Positions 17,870 to 27,086 of a stretch of 64,000 nucleotides of DNA are shown here, in pieces. The stretch is from Patescibacteria group bacterium (GTDB lineage: Bacteria > Patescibacteriota > UBA1384 > 2-12-FULL-50-11): positions 384,771 to 448,770 of the forward strand of contig JBBUAP010000001.1 of the NCBI GenBank assembly GCA_038058635.1, in the 5' to 3' direction. The position numbers and the translations under genes are program-made. The notes under the pieces were generated by a model that was not told the origin of the DNA, ran no database searches, and saw only the letters and a program-made list of their open reading frames with translations. Positions within the stretch are counted from its first letter, which is position 1. The number at the start of each line of letters is the position of its first letter.

Positions 17870-18067
17870 ATGCCTAAACTAAAGACTCATAAATCTAGTC
17901 AGAAACGAATTGTCCGACTGTCAGGTACTGGCAAATTAATGATGCGCAAAATGTCAGTCGCTCACCGGGCTCGGTTCAAATCGAAGCGCGCCAAACAAAA
18001 TTCAACTCAAAACTTTGTCGCCACCGGCGCCATTGCCAAAAAATTAATTAAAATGGCTTTTAGATAG
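17870..18067 (+). CDS. rpmI: 50S ribosomal protein L35
   Basis: MPKLKTHKSSQKRIVRLSGTGKLMMRK is typical of L35. Start is at the ATG at 17870. Confidence 0.85.
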   Translation: MPKLKTHKSSQKRIVRLSGTGKLMMRKMSVAHRARFKSKRAKQNSTQNFVATGAIAKKLIKMAFR

Positions 18068-18145
18068 ATGACTAACAATAAATTTTCCACACTTCCGACT
18101 TCAGCCTTGAGCCTTGAGACTTCAATTTCCGGAGGAATTTGCTAG

Positions 18146-18520
18146 ATGGCTCGCGTTAAAAGAGCGGTTCAAGTTAAGAAGCGACACAAAAAGATTCTTT
18201 TGGCGACGAAAGGCTACAAGCTTGGTCGTTCTTCGCTATTTCGTCAGGCCAAACAGGCCTACATTAAAGCTGGTCAATATGCTTACCGCGATCGCCGCAA
18301 CAAAAAGCGCGATATGCGGGGCTTATGGATTATCCAGATCAACGCCGCCGTTCGAGCGCACGGTATGCCTTACAAAGACTTTATTTACGGCCTGACTAAA
18401 GCCGAGATCGGTTTAAATCGCAAAGTCCTAGCTGAGCTTTCTGTTCAAGCTCCCGCAGAATTTGAGCAAGTAGTCGAGAAAGTCAAAAAAGCCCTCGCCG
18501 AACTCTCTACAAAGGTCTAA
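18146..18520 (+). CDS. rplT: 50S ribosomal protein L20
   Basis: [29 protein letters not shown] is typical of L20. The infC-rpmI-rplT operon order is conserved. Confidence 0.9.
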   Translation: MARVKRAVQVKKRHKKILLATKGYKLGRSSLFRQAKQAYIKAGQYAYRDRRNKKRDMRGLWIIQINAAVRAHGMPYKDFIYGLTKAEIGLNRKVLAELSVQAPAEFEQVVEKVKKALAELSTKV

Positions 18521-19287
18521 TTCCGCCTAACTCTTTTTAGAAGATTACCGAAGAACTGCTGGAGGGTGGTTTTTTCTAATCTTGGGCCGTGGAGGCGCCA
18601 AAAGAGTAGATAGGTAATGGCGATTAGGGCTAAATAAATCATTGCTTCGGCCCGAACAATTCCTTCACCAAAATCGGCTTTGAGGGTTTTGATTAGTAAT
18701 TCTCCCAGGAAATACGCTTCAGCAGCTAGGAAGAATATTACTCCCGGGCTAAAACGATCTTTCAGATAGATATAAAGGAGAACTCCAAAGACTATCAGCG
18801 CCCAAATGGAGCTGATCAGATCGATCGGCAGCATGCCATTAACCGCGATCCAGGATTCCGAACCTCGCCCGATCGTACAGCTAGATAACTGACAGCCAAC
18901 TTTACCGATCGCCCAGCCAACCAAGAAAGACAAACCCAAGCAATCTAAAACTTCCCAGGTCGGTTGACGGGCTTTTTTGCTGTAGCGCAAGAAGGCGACG
19001 AAGCCAATTAAAATTCCGCCCAAAGCCAGTAAACCGCCTTGCCAGAAGTAAAAGACCTGCCAGAAATTTTTAAACTGTTCTTGGTAAGTGAAATAATAGG
19101 TTAGTCGGGCGCCAACTAGAGCGATTAGAAGGGTGTAGAGGACGGTGTCAAAAAGGTGAGTCGTCCGCAGTTTGCGATATTTTAACAATCGAAAAAGTAC
19201 CAACCCAGCAATTAGCGCCCCAAGGGCGATAAATGTTCCAAACGAATATAGCTTAAACTGCCCCACCTCAAACAAAACCGGTTGCAT
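18517..19287 (-). CDS. lgt: prolipoprotein diacylglyceryl transferase-like membrane protein
   Basis: 256-aa polytopic membrane protein whose N-terminus ([28 protein letters not shown]) and overall topology resemble Lgt. The assignment is tentative. Confidence 0.45.
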   Translation of the reverse strand: MQPVLFEVGQFKLYSFGTFIALGALIAGLVLFRLLKYRKLRTTHLFDTVLYTLLIALVGARLTYYFTYQEQFKNFWQVFYFWQGGLLALGGILIGFVAFLRYSKKARQPTWEVLDCLGLSFLVGWAIGKVGCQLSSCTIGRGSESWIAVNGMLPIDLISSIWALIVFGVLLYIYLKDRFSPGVIFFLAAEAYFLGELLIKTLKADFGEGIVRAEAMIYLALIAITYLLFWRLHGPRLEKTTLQQFFGNLLKRVRRN

Positions 19288-19334
19288 TACTATTAAGGGT
19301 AGTAAATTAGGCTGATTTGGTCAAACTAACAATT

Positions 19335-19913
19335 TTATTTTAAGTCGTATTTAGATAACAGTTTTTTGCATGTACCGTGTATTCCTAAGTGGAAAAATCC
19401 GACAGCTACCGGTTTAAAGACAATCGGAAACCCTAAAGGTATTTCTGTGATACCAATTCCTAATGTTATATGTGGATGATAATTTGAATACGCACTATTT
19501 TCTTCAAAATTATTAACCCAATCAACAAGAGAGCTTGATTCAGACATTTCAAAAAAGTTTTCTGATGTTACTGTGCCAGCATTGTGTTTAGTAATTAAAT
19601 CAAAGACAGTATTGTGTAAATTTTGAAGATATTCACTTACCTCAAGGCTAAAATGACTATATTTACTAGAGCCTAAAGAAGTTAAGGTAATTTCGGGCAT
19701 CTCAAAGCTTTCTAATAATGATCCCAATTCTTTTTTAAAGTCATTAACATTTTCCAAAAGTAAACTTCCCATACCTAAAGTGATATGTGGATTATAGCCA
19801 TCTTCAAAAGACACAAAATCTTTTTTATCAGACCCCTTATTACATTCCTTGCAAATATTATTTATCTTTTCTGGGAGTAATAACACAACATCTATAGCTA
19901 TTTTTTCTTGCAT
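19335..19913 (-). CDS. 2H phosphoesterase superfamily protein (LigT/ThpR-like 2',3'-cyclic phosphodiesterase / 2'-5' RNA ligase)
   Basis: Two H-x-T-x motifs (HITLGMG and HITLGIG) at the spacing of the 2H fold. The gene is conspicuously AT-rich compared with flanking DNA. Confidence 0.6.
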   Translation of the reverse strand: MQEKIAIDVVLLLPEKINNICKECNKGSDKKDFVSFEDGYNPHITLGMGSLLLENVNDFKKELGSLLESFEMPEITLTSLGSSKYSHFSLEVSEYLQNLHNTVFDLITKHNAGTVTSENFFEMSESSSLVDWVNNFEENSAYSNYHPHITLGIGITEIPLGFPIVFKPVAVGFFHLGIHGTCKKLLSKYDLK

Positions 19914-19945
19914 ATTTTTTTTATTCTATTTCAGTTCCCCATCTG

Positions 19946-20017
19946 TGGGCAATGCTGGATTCGAACCAGCGACTTCTTCGATGTGAACGAAGCACTCTAC
20001 CACTGAGTTAATTGCCC
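19946..20017 (-). tRNA. tRNA-Val (anticodon CAC)
   Basis: The reverse complement folds as GGGCAAT-TA-ACTC-AGTGGTA-GAGT-G-CTTCG-TT-CAC-AT-CGAAG-AAGTC-GCTGG-TTCGAAT-CCAGC-ATTGCCC-A. Confidence 0.8.
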
Positions 20018-20067
20018 GAACTGCCCATATTTTAACCTAAATGTCATTTTAACTCTACGCAGGCGGC

Positions 20068-20637
20068 ATGACTTCCGATACAATGATACGCATGAGTCGA
20101 TTTGGCCCTTTTTGGGAAATTTTAAAAGTTGTGGTGATCGTTTTTGTCTCAGCGATGGGCATTAGGCTGTTTATCGCCCAACCTTTTATTGTCGAAGGAT
20201 CCAGTATGGAACCCGATTTCCATAACGGCGAGTATCTGTTGGTTGAAAAACTTGGCTATCATCTCCATCAACCGGCTCGAGGCGATGTGATTGTGTTCAA
20301 ATATCCCAACAATCCGTCGGTAAATTACATTAAGCGAATTATCGGTCTACCAGGCGAAACAGTACGCGTGTTTGAGAATCAGGTGTTCGTCAACGGCAAT
20401 ATCTTAACCGAGCAGTATTTGTCTCCCGAAGAAAGAACCGTCGTCAGTCAAAACCCAGAAACGCCTTATGAGGTCGCTTTGAACAGTGACCAGTTCTTTG
20501 TGATGGGTGATAATCGCCAACATTCAAGTGATTCGCGTGAGTGGGGGCCGTTAGGACGGGACTTCATTATCGGTAAATCGGCTTTTGTCCTTTACCCACG
20601 ACAGAATTTCTCTGCCATCGCCTCCCCGAGCTACTAA
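20068..20637 (+). CDS. lepB: signal peptidase I
   Basis: N-terminal TM helix, catalytic SM (EGSSMEP), and the YIKRIIGLPGETV and GDNRQHSSDSR boxes. Confidence 0.85.
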   Translation: MTSDTMIRMSRFGPFWEILKVVVIVFVSAMGIRLFIAQPFIVEGSSMEPDFHNGEYLLVEKLGYHLHQPARGDVIVFKYPNNPSVNYIKRIIGLPGETVRVFENQVFVNGNILTEQYLSPEERTVVSQNPETPYEVALNSDQFFVMGDNRQHSSDSREWGPLGRDFIIGKSAFVLYPRQNFSAIASPSY

Positions 20638-20765
20638 GAAAGAATTAAGAATCAAGAATTAAGATTTGTCGCTACGCGACAAGCCCTTCGTAATTCCTAA
20701 CTACGAGATGCAATCGAGGAGCGAGCGCCAGCGACATTCCAAATTCGATATTCTAAATTCTGCGG

Positions 20766-21845
20766 CTACTGCCGCTTGATAATCTGCTTGTCTTCGCTTT
20801 CTTGGGCTTTTTTCTCGATCCATTCCAAAACCGCACCGAGGCCTTCGCCGGTTAAGGCCGAAGTAATCAGTTGGTCGAATTTGGCAATGTGATGATGAAA
20901 GGTGATCGGGCGATCACCGAGTAAGTCAGATTTATTGAAGATAACCAGCACCGGCTTTTGGAGCTTATTGGCGAAATAAATTAGATGTAAATCGGCTCGA
21001 GTTGTCCCTTCTTGGGCATCGACGATAACAACGACGATATTGGCAAAATTTATTGCCGCCAAAGTTCTCTTGACGCTGAATTTCTCAACTCCGACATCGA
21101 TCTTACCGCGCCGACGAACCCCAGCGGTATCAGCCAGCAACAGTTCTTTGTCGCCAATGGTTAATTTGGCAGTGACGATATCGCGAGTGGTGCCGGCAAT
21201 CGGGCTGACCACCGCTCGGTCGGTTTTAGTTAAAGCGTTTAGCAGGGTGGATTTGCCAACATTCGGCCGTCCAACTAGGGCAATGACCGGTTCATAGCCA
21301 GAAACCTTGGCCAAGTTTCCCGATTTTGGCAGGGCTTTACAGATTGTTTCCAGTAAGTCGCCGACGCCCTTGCCGGTGACCGCGGATATCTTATAAAAAG
21401 GTAAGCCCAAATATTCCAAGCTGGAAATCTGCTTGTCGATCGATGGGGCATCGACTTTGTTGCCGATTAACCAGATCGTTTTAGTCGAGCGCAATTTGTC
21501 CAGAAACTGCTGATCTTGGGGCTGTAGACCTTCTCTTGCGTCGTAAACAAACAAAATTAGGTCAGCCTCTTCAACAGCTGAAAACATCTGGGCCCGGATG
21601 CCACGATACAGTTCCGACTTGTCGTCAACCAGTCCACCTGTATCGACAGCCGTAAAACAATGTCCCTGCCACTCAACATCACCGTAAACTCGGTCGCGGG
21701 TGGTCGATTCCTCCCGCGCGGTAATGGCTTGAGGGGTGCCAGTGATACGGTTAAAAAGGGTCGATTTGCCGGCGTTGGTTGGGCCGATTATCGCCACGAG
21801 CGGCAATTCCTGGTTTTCTGTCAATTTAGATTTGGTTTTTTCCAT
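20766..21845 (-). CDS. der: ribosome-associated GTPase Der/EngA (tandem GTPase domains, no KH-like C-terminal domain evident)
   Basis: Two G-domains (GPTNAGKSTLFN and GRPNVGKSTLLN, DTGG/DTAG, NKVD/NKSD). Confidence 0.9.
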   Translation of the reverse strand: MEKTKSKLTENQELPLVAIIGPTNAGKSTLFNRITGTPQAITAREESTTRDRVYGDVEWQGHCFTAVDTGGLVDDKSELYRGIRAQMFSAVEEADLILFVYDAREGLQPQDQQFLDKLRSTKTIWLIGNKVDAPSIDKQISSLEYLGLPFYKISAVTGKGVGDLLETICKALPKSGNLAKVSGYEPVIALVGRPNVGKSTLLNALTKTDRAVVSPIAGTTRDIVTAKLTIGDKELLLADTAGVRRRGKIDVGVEKFSVKRTLAAINFANIVVVIVDAQEGTTRADLHLIYFANKLQKPVLVIFNKSDLLGDRPITFHHHIAKFDQLITSALTGEGLGAVLEWIEKKAQESEDKQIIKRQ

Positions 21846-21880
21846 ATTCGTAATTCGTTATTCGTGATTCGTAATTCGTC
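21846..21880. repeat. five tandem 7-bp repeats ATTCGTN immediately 5' of the der start codon
   Basis: attcgta attcgtt attcgtg attcgta attcgtc read directly at 21846-21880. The der ATG (minus strand) is at 21845. Confidence 0.9.
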
Positions 21881-21903
21881 ACTAGTAATTGTATTCTCTG
21901 CTT

Positions 21904-23661
21904 ATGCTCTACGCTCAAGTTATCGTCAAACAACGAACTCAAGTCCAGGAGCTGACCTACGCTCTAAGCGCCCAAATTGTACCCTATGTGAAGGTGGGAA
22001 GTCTAGTGCTGGTACCTCTGCGCCGAAAGGAAGTTAAGGGGGTGGTGGTAGGATTCAGCCGCTCGGTCGCCAAAGAAATAAAGGGTAGCATTCGAGAAAT
22101 CATCAAATTAGACAAAAACATTCAAGTTTACTCGGCCGCCCAAATTGAAGTTATCCACAAGCTTTCTACCCACTATGCGGCGCCGCTGGCCGAAGTTGCC
22201 TTTCACGCCTTAGACTTACCACAGTTCATGCCTGAAACCTCTCTAAAAAGTGCGACCAAACCGCTTGTCTTAACCGGATCGTGGGCCCAGCGTTGCGACG
22301 CTTATCGCCGAATTCTAGCCAAATCAAGTGGCCGCGTAATGTTCATATTTGCCCAAAACTCCTATGCCACCAGCTTCTTTCAGTCTGTAAAAACACAGAT
22401 TTCGCCTCATCTCATATATGAGATAAAAGCGTTCGGTGGCAAAAAACGGACCGCCGAGTTAATGGATATTCTAAGAAAGAATCGTCAAGTGGCGTTAGTG
22501 GGAACGCTCGGTGATATATTTTTTCCGCTCCAGGCCGGTGACACCATTATCGTCGACCAGCCCGATCATGTTGGTGCCAAGAGCCAATCGCGACCGTTCA
22601 TGAGCTCCAGGCGCGTCGCTTTAATTCGCGGCGAAGTCGAGGGTTTGAGGGTCGTTTTGGGCGACACTTTTATCTCACTCGACGATTTACTGGCCGTAAA
22701 GAATAAGAAGTTTCGCTTAACAACCGCCAAGTCGACCGGCCGGGAGATGACAATTGTAGATCGACGCGGCCAAAAGGATGCCATCGCCCCGTCCGTTGTC
22801 GAGGAAATTGAACAAGCAGTCAATTCAGGGCAAAAAATACTCGTTTTGGTGATGGCGAGGGGTTGGGCATCGGCGCTGGTTTGTCGGGAGTGTGGCCATA
22901 TATTTACCTGTCAAAACTGCAATCGCACCTCCGGGGTGCGGGTGGAGAAACTGCGTTGCGGCTACTGCGCCAGCGAAATTGATTTGCCAAAGACTTGCCC
23001 GAGTTGTCGATCGGCAGACCTGAAGCCAATTGGTGGAGGAGTGTCGGCGATCACTAAGTTACTCTCCGACCAATTCACCACCAGCAAAGTTCGGGAGTTA
23101 AGTAGCGATGCTCCGGCTCTTGACCCAAAATCCGTTATCACGGTCGCGACGGAAAAGATTTTTAGCTTTCCGGGAGCGAAGTTCGATCAAACATTCATTA
23201 TTAATGCCGATCGCCTGTTGTCGGGGACGCATCTGGACGGTGCCTGGCGGCTACTCGGTTATTTAATTGAATTACAAGATTGTTCCAAACATATTGTAGT
23301 TCAAACTTACTTCCCCGACTCGGTCGTTTGGAGCTCGGCCGCTAGCGGTAATGTTCGGTCCTTTTTCGGCCCAGAGCTAACAAACCGACGCCAACTCCAC
23401 TTGCCGCCATACGGCGCCATCATTGCCGTTCGGGGTACTGCCAACACAGCCGAAAAGCTATTCGCCCAAGCCGAAAAAATCACTGACGAGATTCTCAAAA
23501 TCCTACCCACCGCCGACGTTTCTTACCCAGAGATTGACGACCATAGCGGTAATGCTTACCAGGGTCATTTCACTATCTATTTACCGAAACCACCGCAATC
23601 ATCTCTCAAAACCAAACTAGCCTCGCTTCTCCCGCCGTCTTGGCACCTAGACATTGACTGA
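21904..23661 (+). CDS. priA: primosomal protein N' (PriA)-like with degenerate helicase motifs
   Basis: N-terminal 3'-DNA-binding domain (VGSLVLVPLRRKEVKGVVVG) and cysteine-rich zinc module (CRECGHIFTCQNCNRTSGVRVEKLRCGYCASEIDLPKTCPSCRS) as in PriA. The Walker A position reads LTGSWAQRCDAY instead of GSGKT, and the DEEH box reads DQPDH. Alternative TTG start at 21889. Confidence 0.65.
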   Translation: MLYAQVIVKQRTQVQELTYALSAQIVPYVKVGSLVLVPLRRKEVKGVVVGFSRSVAKEIKGSIREIIKLDKNIQVYSAAQIEVIHKLSTHYAAPLAEVAFHALDLPQFMPETSLKSATKPLVLTGSWAQRCDAYRRILAKSSGRVMFIFAQNSYATSFFQSVKTQISPHLIYEIKAFGGKKRTAELMDILRKNRQVALVGTLGDIFFPLQAGDTIIVDQPDHVGAKSQSRPFMSSRRVALIRGEVEGLRVVLGDTFISLDDLLAVKNKKFRLTTAKSTGREMTIVDRRGQKDAIAPSVVEEIEQAVNSGQKILVLVMARGWASALVCRECGHIFTCQNCNRTSGVRVEKLRCGYCASEIDLPKTCPSCRSADLKPIGGGVSAITKLLSDQFTTSKVRELSSDAPALDPKSVITVATEKIFSFPGAKFDQTFIINADRLLSGTHLDGAWRLLGYLIELQDCSKHIVVQTYFPDSVVWSSAASGNVRSFFGPELTNRRQLHLPPYGAIIAVRGTANTAEKLFAQAEKITDEILKILPTADVSYPEIDDHSGNAYQGHFTIYLPKPPQSSLKTKLASLLPPSWHLDID

Positions 23662-23721
23662 TCGGGCATTTCCTGGTTAAATCACCTCAAGGCTTCGGCC
23701 AAAATAAGAGGTGCACTTCAA

Positions 23722-24462
23722 ATGTCGAGAGAGATTCACGACGTTCCTTCGAGCTTAGTTGCAATGATCAAAAACAACGAGAGCTATATCAGGGAGCGAC
23801 AGCTCCTCATCGGTCAACGCTTCGAGCAGTTGGTCGAGCTTCTCAGCCAAGGGGATACAACAGGTAGCAGGCAGTTGGATCTAGCGATCCTTGCCAAACG
23901 CAGCCTCGATGAGGCTATCGGTCTGCCTTACTACGAATTCGAGCAAGAACTCCAAGCCCATCCCGGCGAGCTGGTGGTGATGAAGCAGACTTGGCAGGAA
24001 CCGACTGTAAGGTACTGTATGGATCCCGGCCATAGTGTGCCAACTCGTCCAGTTTCAGAATATCTTTTCGGAGTTATTCGAGAAGCGGAAAACGTTGATG
24101 TTTTGGGAGCTGCCGGATTGTATTCTTATCTGGAAACTGCCGTCATTCTTCGACGGGATGATTATCAGCTAGGAGAAGTTCTAGCGGCTCCTTTTAGCAT
24201 GTTGTCTTTCGTAAGTCCTCTCGGGGGCTGGAAACCTTCATCTGATCCCAAGAACTATTGTGTTGGCAACACTGAGGTTGCTGAGGAGATGACGAAGTTC
24301 AGATACTCAATCTGTTCGTTTGCCAGTAATGGTGAGGAGCTGTTCTCCATGGTCTGTCGAGCGCTGGGAGTTGAATACGTCGGCGACGATGGTCAGGGTC
24401 GCCTGGGTATCCCTGACCCGAATCCAAACGCCCCAAACCCTCTCCCGATCCAAACGGATTAA
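23722..24462 (+). CDS. hypothetical protein
   Basis: 246-aa ORF with good coding appearance and no recognised motifs. Confidence 0.4.
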   Translation: MSREIHDVPSSLVAMIKNNESYIRERQLLIGQRFEQLVELLSQGDTTGSRQLDLAILAKRSLDEAIGLPYYEFEQELQAHPGELVVMKQTWQEPTVRYCMDPGHSVPTRPVSEYLFGVIREAENVDVLGAAGLYSYLETAVILRRDDYQLGEVLAAPFSMLSFVSPLGGWKPSSDPKNYCVGNTEVAEEMTKFRYSICSFASNGEELFSMVCRALGVEYVGDDGQGRLGIPDPNPNAPNPLPIQTD

Positions 24463-24508
24463 CGTCCGTCTCGCCCTTCGGTTCCGACCGAGGGGCATTC
24501 TTCTACCC

Positions 24509-24537
24509 TCGACAATCCTAACCTGTTAAGATAGAAT
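24509..24537 (+). promoter_or_regulatory. sigma70-like promoter (TCGACA-N17-TAGAAT) for def-fmt, predicting a leaderless or 2-nt-leader mRNA
   Basis: -35 at 24509-24514 and -10 at 24532-24537. The start codon is at 24546 and has no SD. Confidence 0.35.
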
Positions 24538-24545
24538 GACACAGC

Positions 24546-25919
24546 ATGAAAAAAGTTCGAGTCATCTACGACCCCATCTTGCGTCACAAAGTTAAGCCGG
24601 TGACGGTTTTTAACGACGAACTGAAAAAACTTTCTGAAGAAATGTTTTTAGTCATGCATAAAAATATCGGCATGGGCTTAGCGGCCAACCAGCTTGGAGT
24701 CGACCAGGACTTACTGGTGATTGAATATCGGCCTGTTAAAGACCGTGATGAAGATGGAGATCAAGACGGCGGAAAACCGATCGGCCCTCTCGTCCTCTGC
24801 AACACCAAAGTGATTAAAACCAGTCAAATCACCGAGACGATGAACGAGGGTTGTTTATCGCTGCCGGGCTTAGAACTGCCTGTCAATCGCCCGAGCGGCG
24901 TCATTGTCGAAGCTATGGACCTGACTGGTAAACCAGTAACCATTAAAGCCAAGGGGCTACTAGCCCGAATTTTACAGCACGAAGTCGACCATTTAGATGG
25001 CATACTATTCACCGATCGGGCGAGTGGCCTGAAGAATTTAAAAAATTACGCCGGCATGAAGATTGTTTTCTTTGGCTCGGACAATTTTTCTGTCCCAATT
25101 TTCCAAATACTCATTGAAAGCGGTTTGAATGTGATTGCCGCCGTGACCGAAACCGACAAACCGGCTGGCCGAGGCAACCAACTCACCATTACGCCCATCA
25201 AATCCGTTGCCACGGATGCCGGAATTGCGGTCGTCCAGCCCCAAACGAAAACGGAAATCATCGAGATTCTTCGTCAGCTCAAGCCAGATTTGATCGTGCT
25301 GGCTTCGTACGGCAAGATTTTGCCAGAAGAAGCTCTCATCATCCCCACTTACGGGGCGCTTAATGTCCACCCGTCACTTTTACCAAAATATCGTGGTGCT
25401 ACGCCGGTCCAATCGGCGATTTTAGCGGGTGAAAAGACAACTGGCGTGACGATTATGAAGATGAACGCCGGCGTTGATACGGGGGAGATTGTCGCTCAAT
25501 CAAAAACAGAACTTTCGAATGTGGAGACTTTTATCTCGCTTCGTGACCGACTCTCCCAACTAGGCGCTAAATTGCTAGTCGGCCAGCTGCCGCTTTACCT
25601 TTCTGGTACAGCCAACCTCCAGTTGCAAGGCAGTGACTCAACTCAAACCACAAAATTAGTTAAAGAAATGGGCGAGATCGATTGGACGCAGTCAGCCGAG
25701 TCAATCGACCGACAGATCCGCGCTCTCAATCCCTGGCCAGGGACTTTTACCTTTGTCGGCGACAAGCGACTCAAAATTCTGGAAGCCAGTTTGAACGGCG
25801 ATCGGCTCATACTCAAAACTGTCCAACTCGAAGGCAAAAATCCCACTGCCTGGCCTGAATTTGTCCGGGGCTACGAGCAACAGTTGAAAAATTGCTCCTG
25901 GTACGGTAAAATATCCTAA
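24546..25919 (+). CDS. def-fmt: fused peptide deformylase / methionyl-tRNA formyltransferase
   Basis: Residues 1-165 carry the Def motifs (GLAANQLGV, EGCLSLPG, HEVDHLDG). Residues 170-457 carry Fmt (MKIVFFGSDNFSVPIF.., SLLPKYRGATPVQSAIL, C-terminal domain). There is a single uninterrupted reading frame. Confidence 0.8.
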   Translation: MKKVRVIYDPILRHKVKPVTVFNDELKKLSEEMFLVMHKNIGMGLAANQLGVDQDLLVIEYRPVKDRDEDGDQDGGKPIGPLVLCNTKVIKTSQITETMNEGCLSLPGLELPVNRPSGVIVEAMDLTGKPVTIKAKGLLARILQHEVDHLDGILFTDRASGLKNLKNYAGMKIVFFGSDNFSVPIFQILIESGLNVIAAVTETDKPAGRGNQLTITPIKSVATDAGIAVVQPQTKTEIIEILRQLKPDLIVLASYGKILPEEALIIPTYGALNVHPSLLPKYRGATPVQSAILAGEKTTGVTIMKMNAGVDTGEIVAQSKTELSNVETFISLRDRLSQLGAKLLVGQLPLYLSGTANLQLQGSDSTQTTKLVKEMGEIDWTQSAESIDRQIRALNPWPGTFTFVGDKRLKILEASLNGDRLILKTVQLEGKNPTAWPEFVRGYEQQLKNCSWYGKIS

Positions 25920-26464
25920 TGTTAGTCGTCAGATTAAAGCGAATCGGCAAAAAGAACCAACCAACTTACCGTATTGTCGTGGCCGAACATTCCAACGCCG
26001 TCAACGGCCCATTTGTTGAAGACATTGGTTTTTACAACCCTCACACCAAGACTATTTCCGTCGATCAAGAAGCGGTCATCGGCTGGATGAACAAGGGCGC
26101 TAAGCCGTCCAATCGGGTCGCTCGATTACTCGAAAAAGAAAAAGTTCAGCACAAATCTGTTGTCGTTATTCAGTACCACAAAGCGTCGAAGAAAAAGGTT
26201 GAAGAGACGAAGCCAGCTCCTAAAGCGGAGACAGCGACCGACTTGCCCGCCGTAGCTTTAGCGGAGGAGGGAGAGACTGCTGAAGCGCCAACAGAGGGTG
26301 AGACCACCGAAACTACCGAGGAAGCTCCAGCTGAAACATCCGAGGAAGTAGCTACGACCGAAGAAGAAGCTCCTGCTGAGGAAGCGACCGAGGATGTAGT
26401 TGAAACACCCGAAGCTACCGAAGAGCCTGCTGAAAACAGTGAGCCCGTCGAATCTGCTGCCTAA
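25919..26464 (+). CDS. rpsP: 30S ribosomal protein S16 with about 95-aa acidic low-complexity C-terminal extension
   Basis: MLVVRLKRIGKKNQPTYRIVVAEHSNAVNGPFVEDIGFYNPH is typical of S16. The tail is E/T/A-rich. Confidence 0.85.
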   Translation: MLVVRLKRIGKKNQPTYRIVVAEHSNAVNGPFVEDIGFYNPHTKTISVDQEAVIGWMNKGAKPSNRVARLLEKEKVQHKSVVVIQYHKASKKKVEETKPAPKAETATDLPAVALAEEGETAEAPTEGETTETTEEAPAETSEEVATTEEEAPAEEATEDVVETPEATEEPAENSEPVESAA

Positions 26465-26553
26465 GACTTCTTTACAACAATCTTTGTTTTTGTTACAAAT
26501 TGCTTGTTACGAATACAGAACGCCGTCAAATCTAATTTTCTACAAAGGAGAAA

Positions 26554-27018
26554 ATGCCAGCTAAAACAGAATTAACCGACCAAGAGTTTGTTGAGAATAT
26601 TGTTAAAGCCATTGTCGATCACCCAGAAGAAGTCGTTACCGGCCGGACGCTCGATGAGCGCGGCGTCTTGATTCAACTGACTGTCAACCGCGAAGATATG
26701 GGCAAAGTCATCGGACGAGAAGGTCGCACCGCCAAAGCGATTCGTTCCCTTTTGCGTGTTTTTGGGGCCCGTAACGAATCCCGAATTAACTTGAAAATTG
26801 TTGATCCCGAGGGTGGTACTGGTGATATTCCGGAAGAATCTGCCACCAAACCAGCGCCCGCTAAAAAAACCGAAAGTTCGGTCCCAGCGGAAAAACCAAC
26901 AGAAACAACCGAAAAAGTAGACGACTTGTCCGCCGAAACTTCAGTGAAGGCGGAAGCGCCCGTCGCCGAAATGTCTGCTGAAAAACCGATCGAAGAAAAA
27001 GCCACCGGCGTTTTCTAG
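26554..27018 (+). CDS. KH-domain RNA-binding protein (YlqC/UPF0109-like) with low-complexity tail
   Basis: KH core VIGREGRTAKAIRSLLRV. Position between rpsP and trmD is conserved. Confidence 0.7.
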   Translation: MPAKTELTDQEFVENIVKAIVDHPEEVVTGRTLDERGVLIQLTVNREDMGKVIGREGRTAKAIRSLLRVFGARNESRINLKIVDPEGGTGDIPEESATKPAPAKKTESSVPAEKPTETTEKVDDLSAETSVKAEAPVAEMSAEKPIEEKATGVF

Positions 27019-27086
27019 TAACTAACGAATTCCAATAAACGGGCGCCAAATTAGCGGCCGTTTTTTGGTTAGGCTAGAATAGTGTT

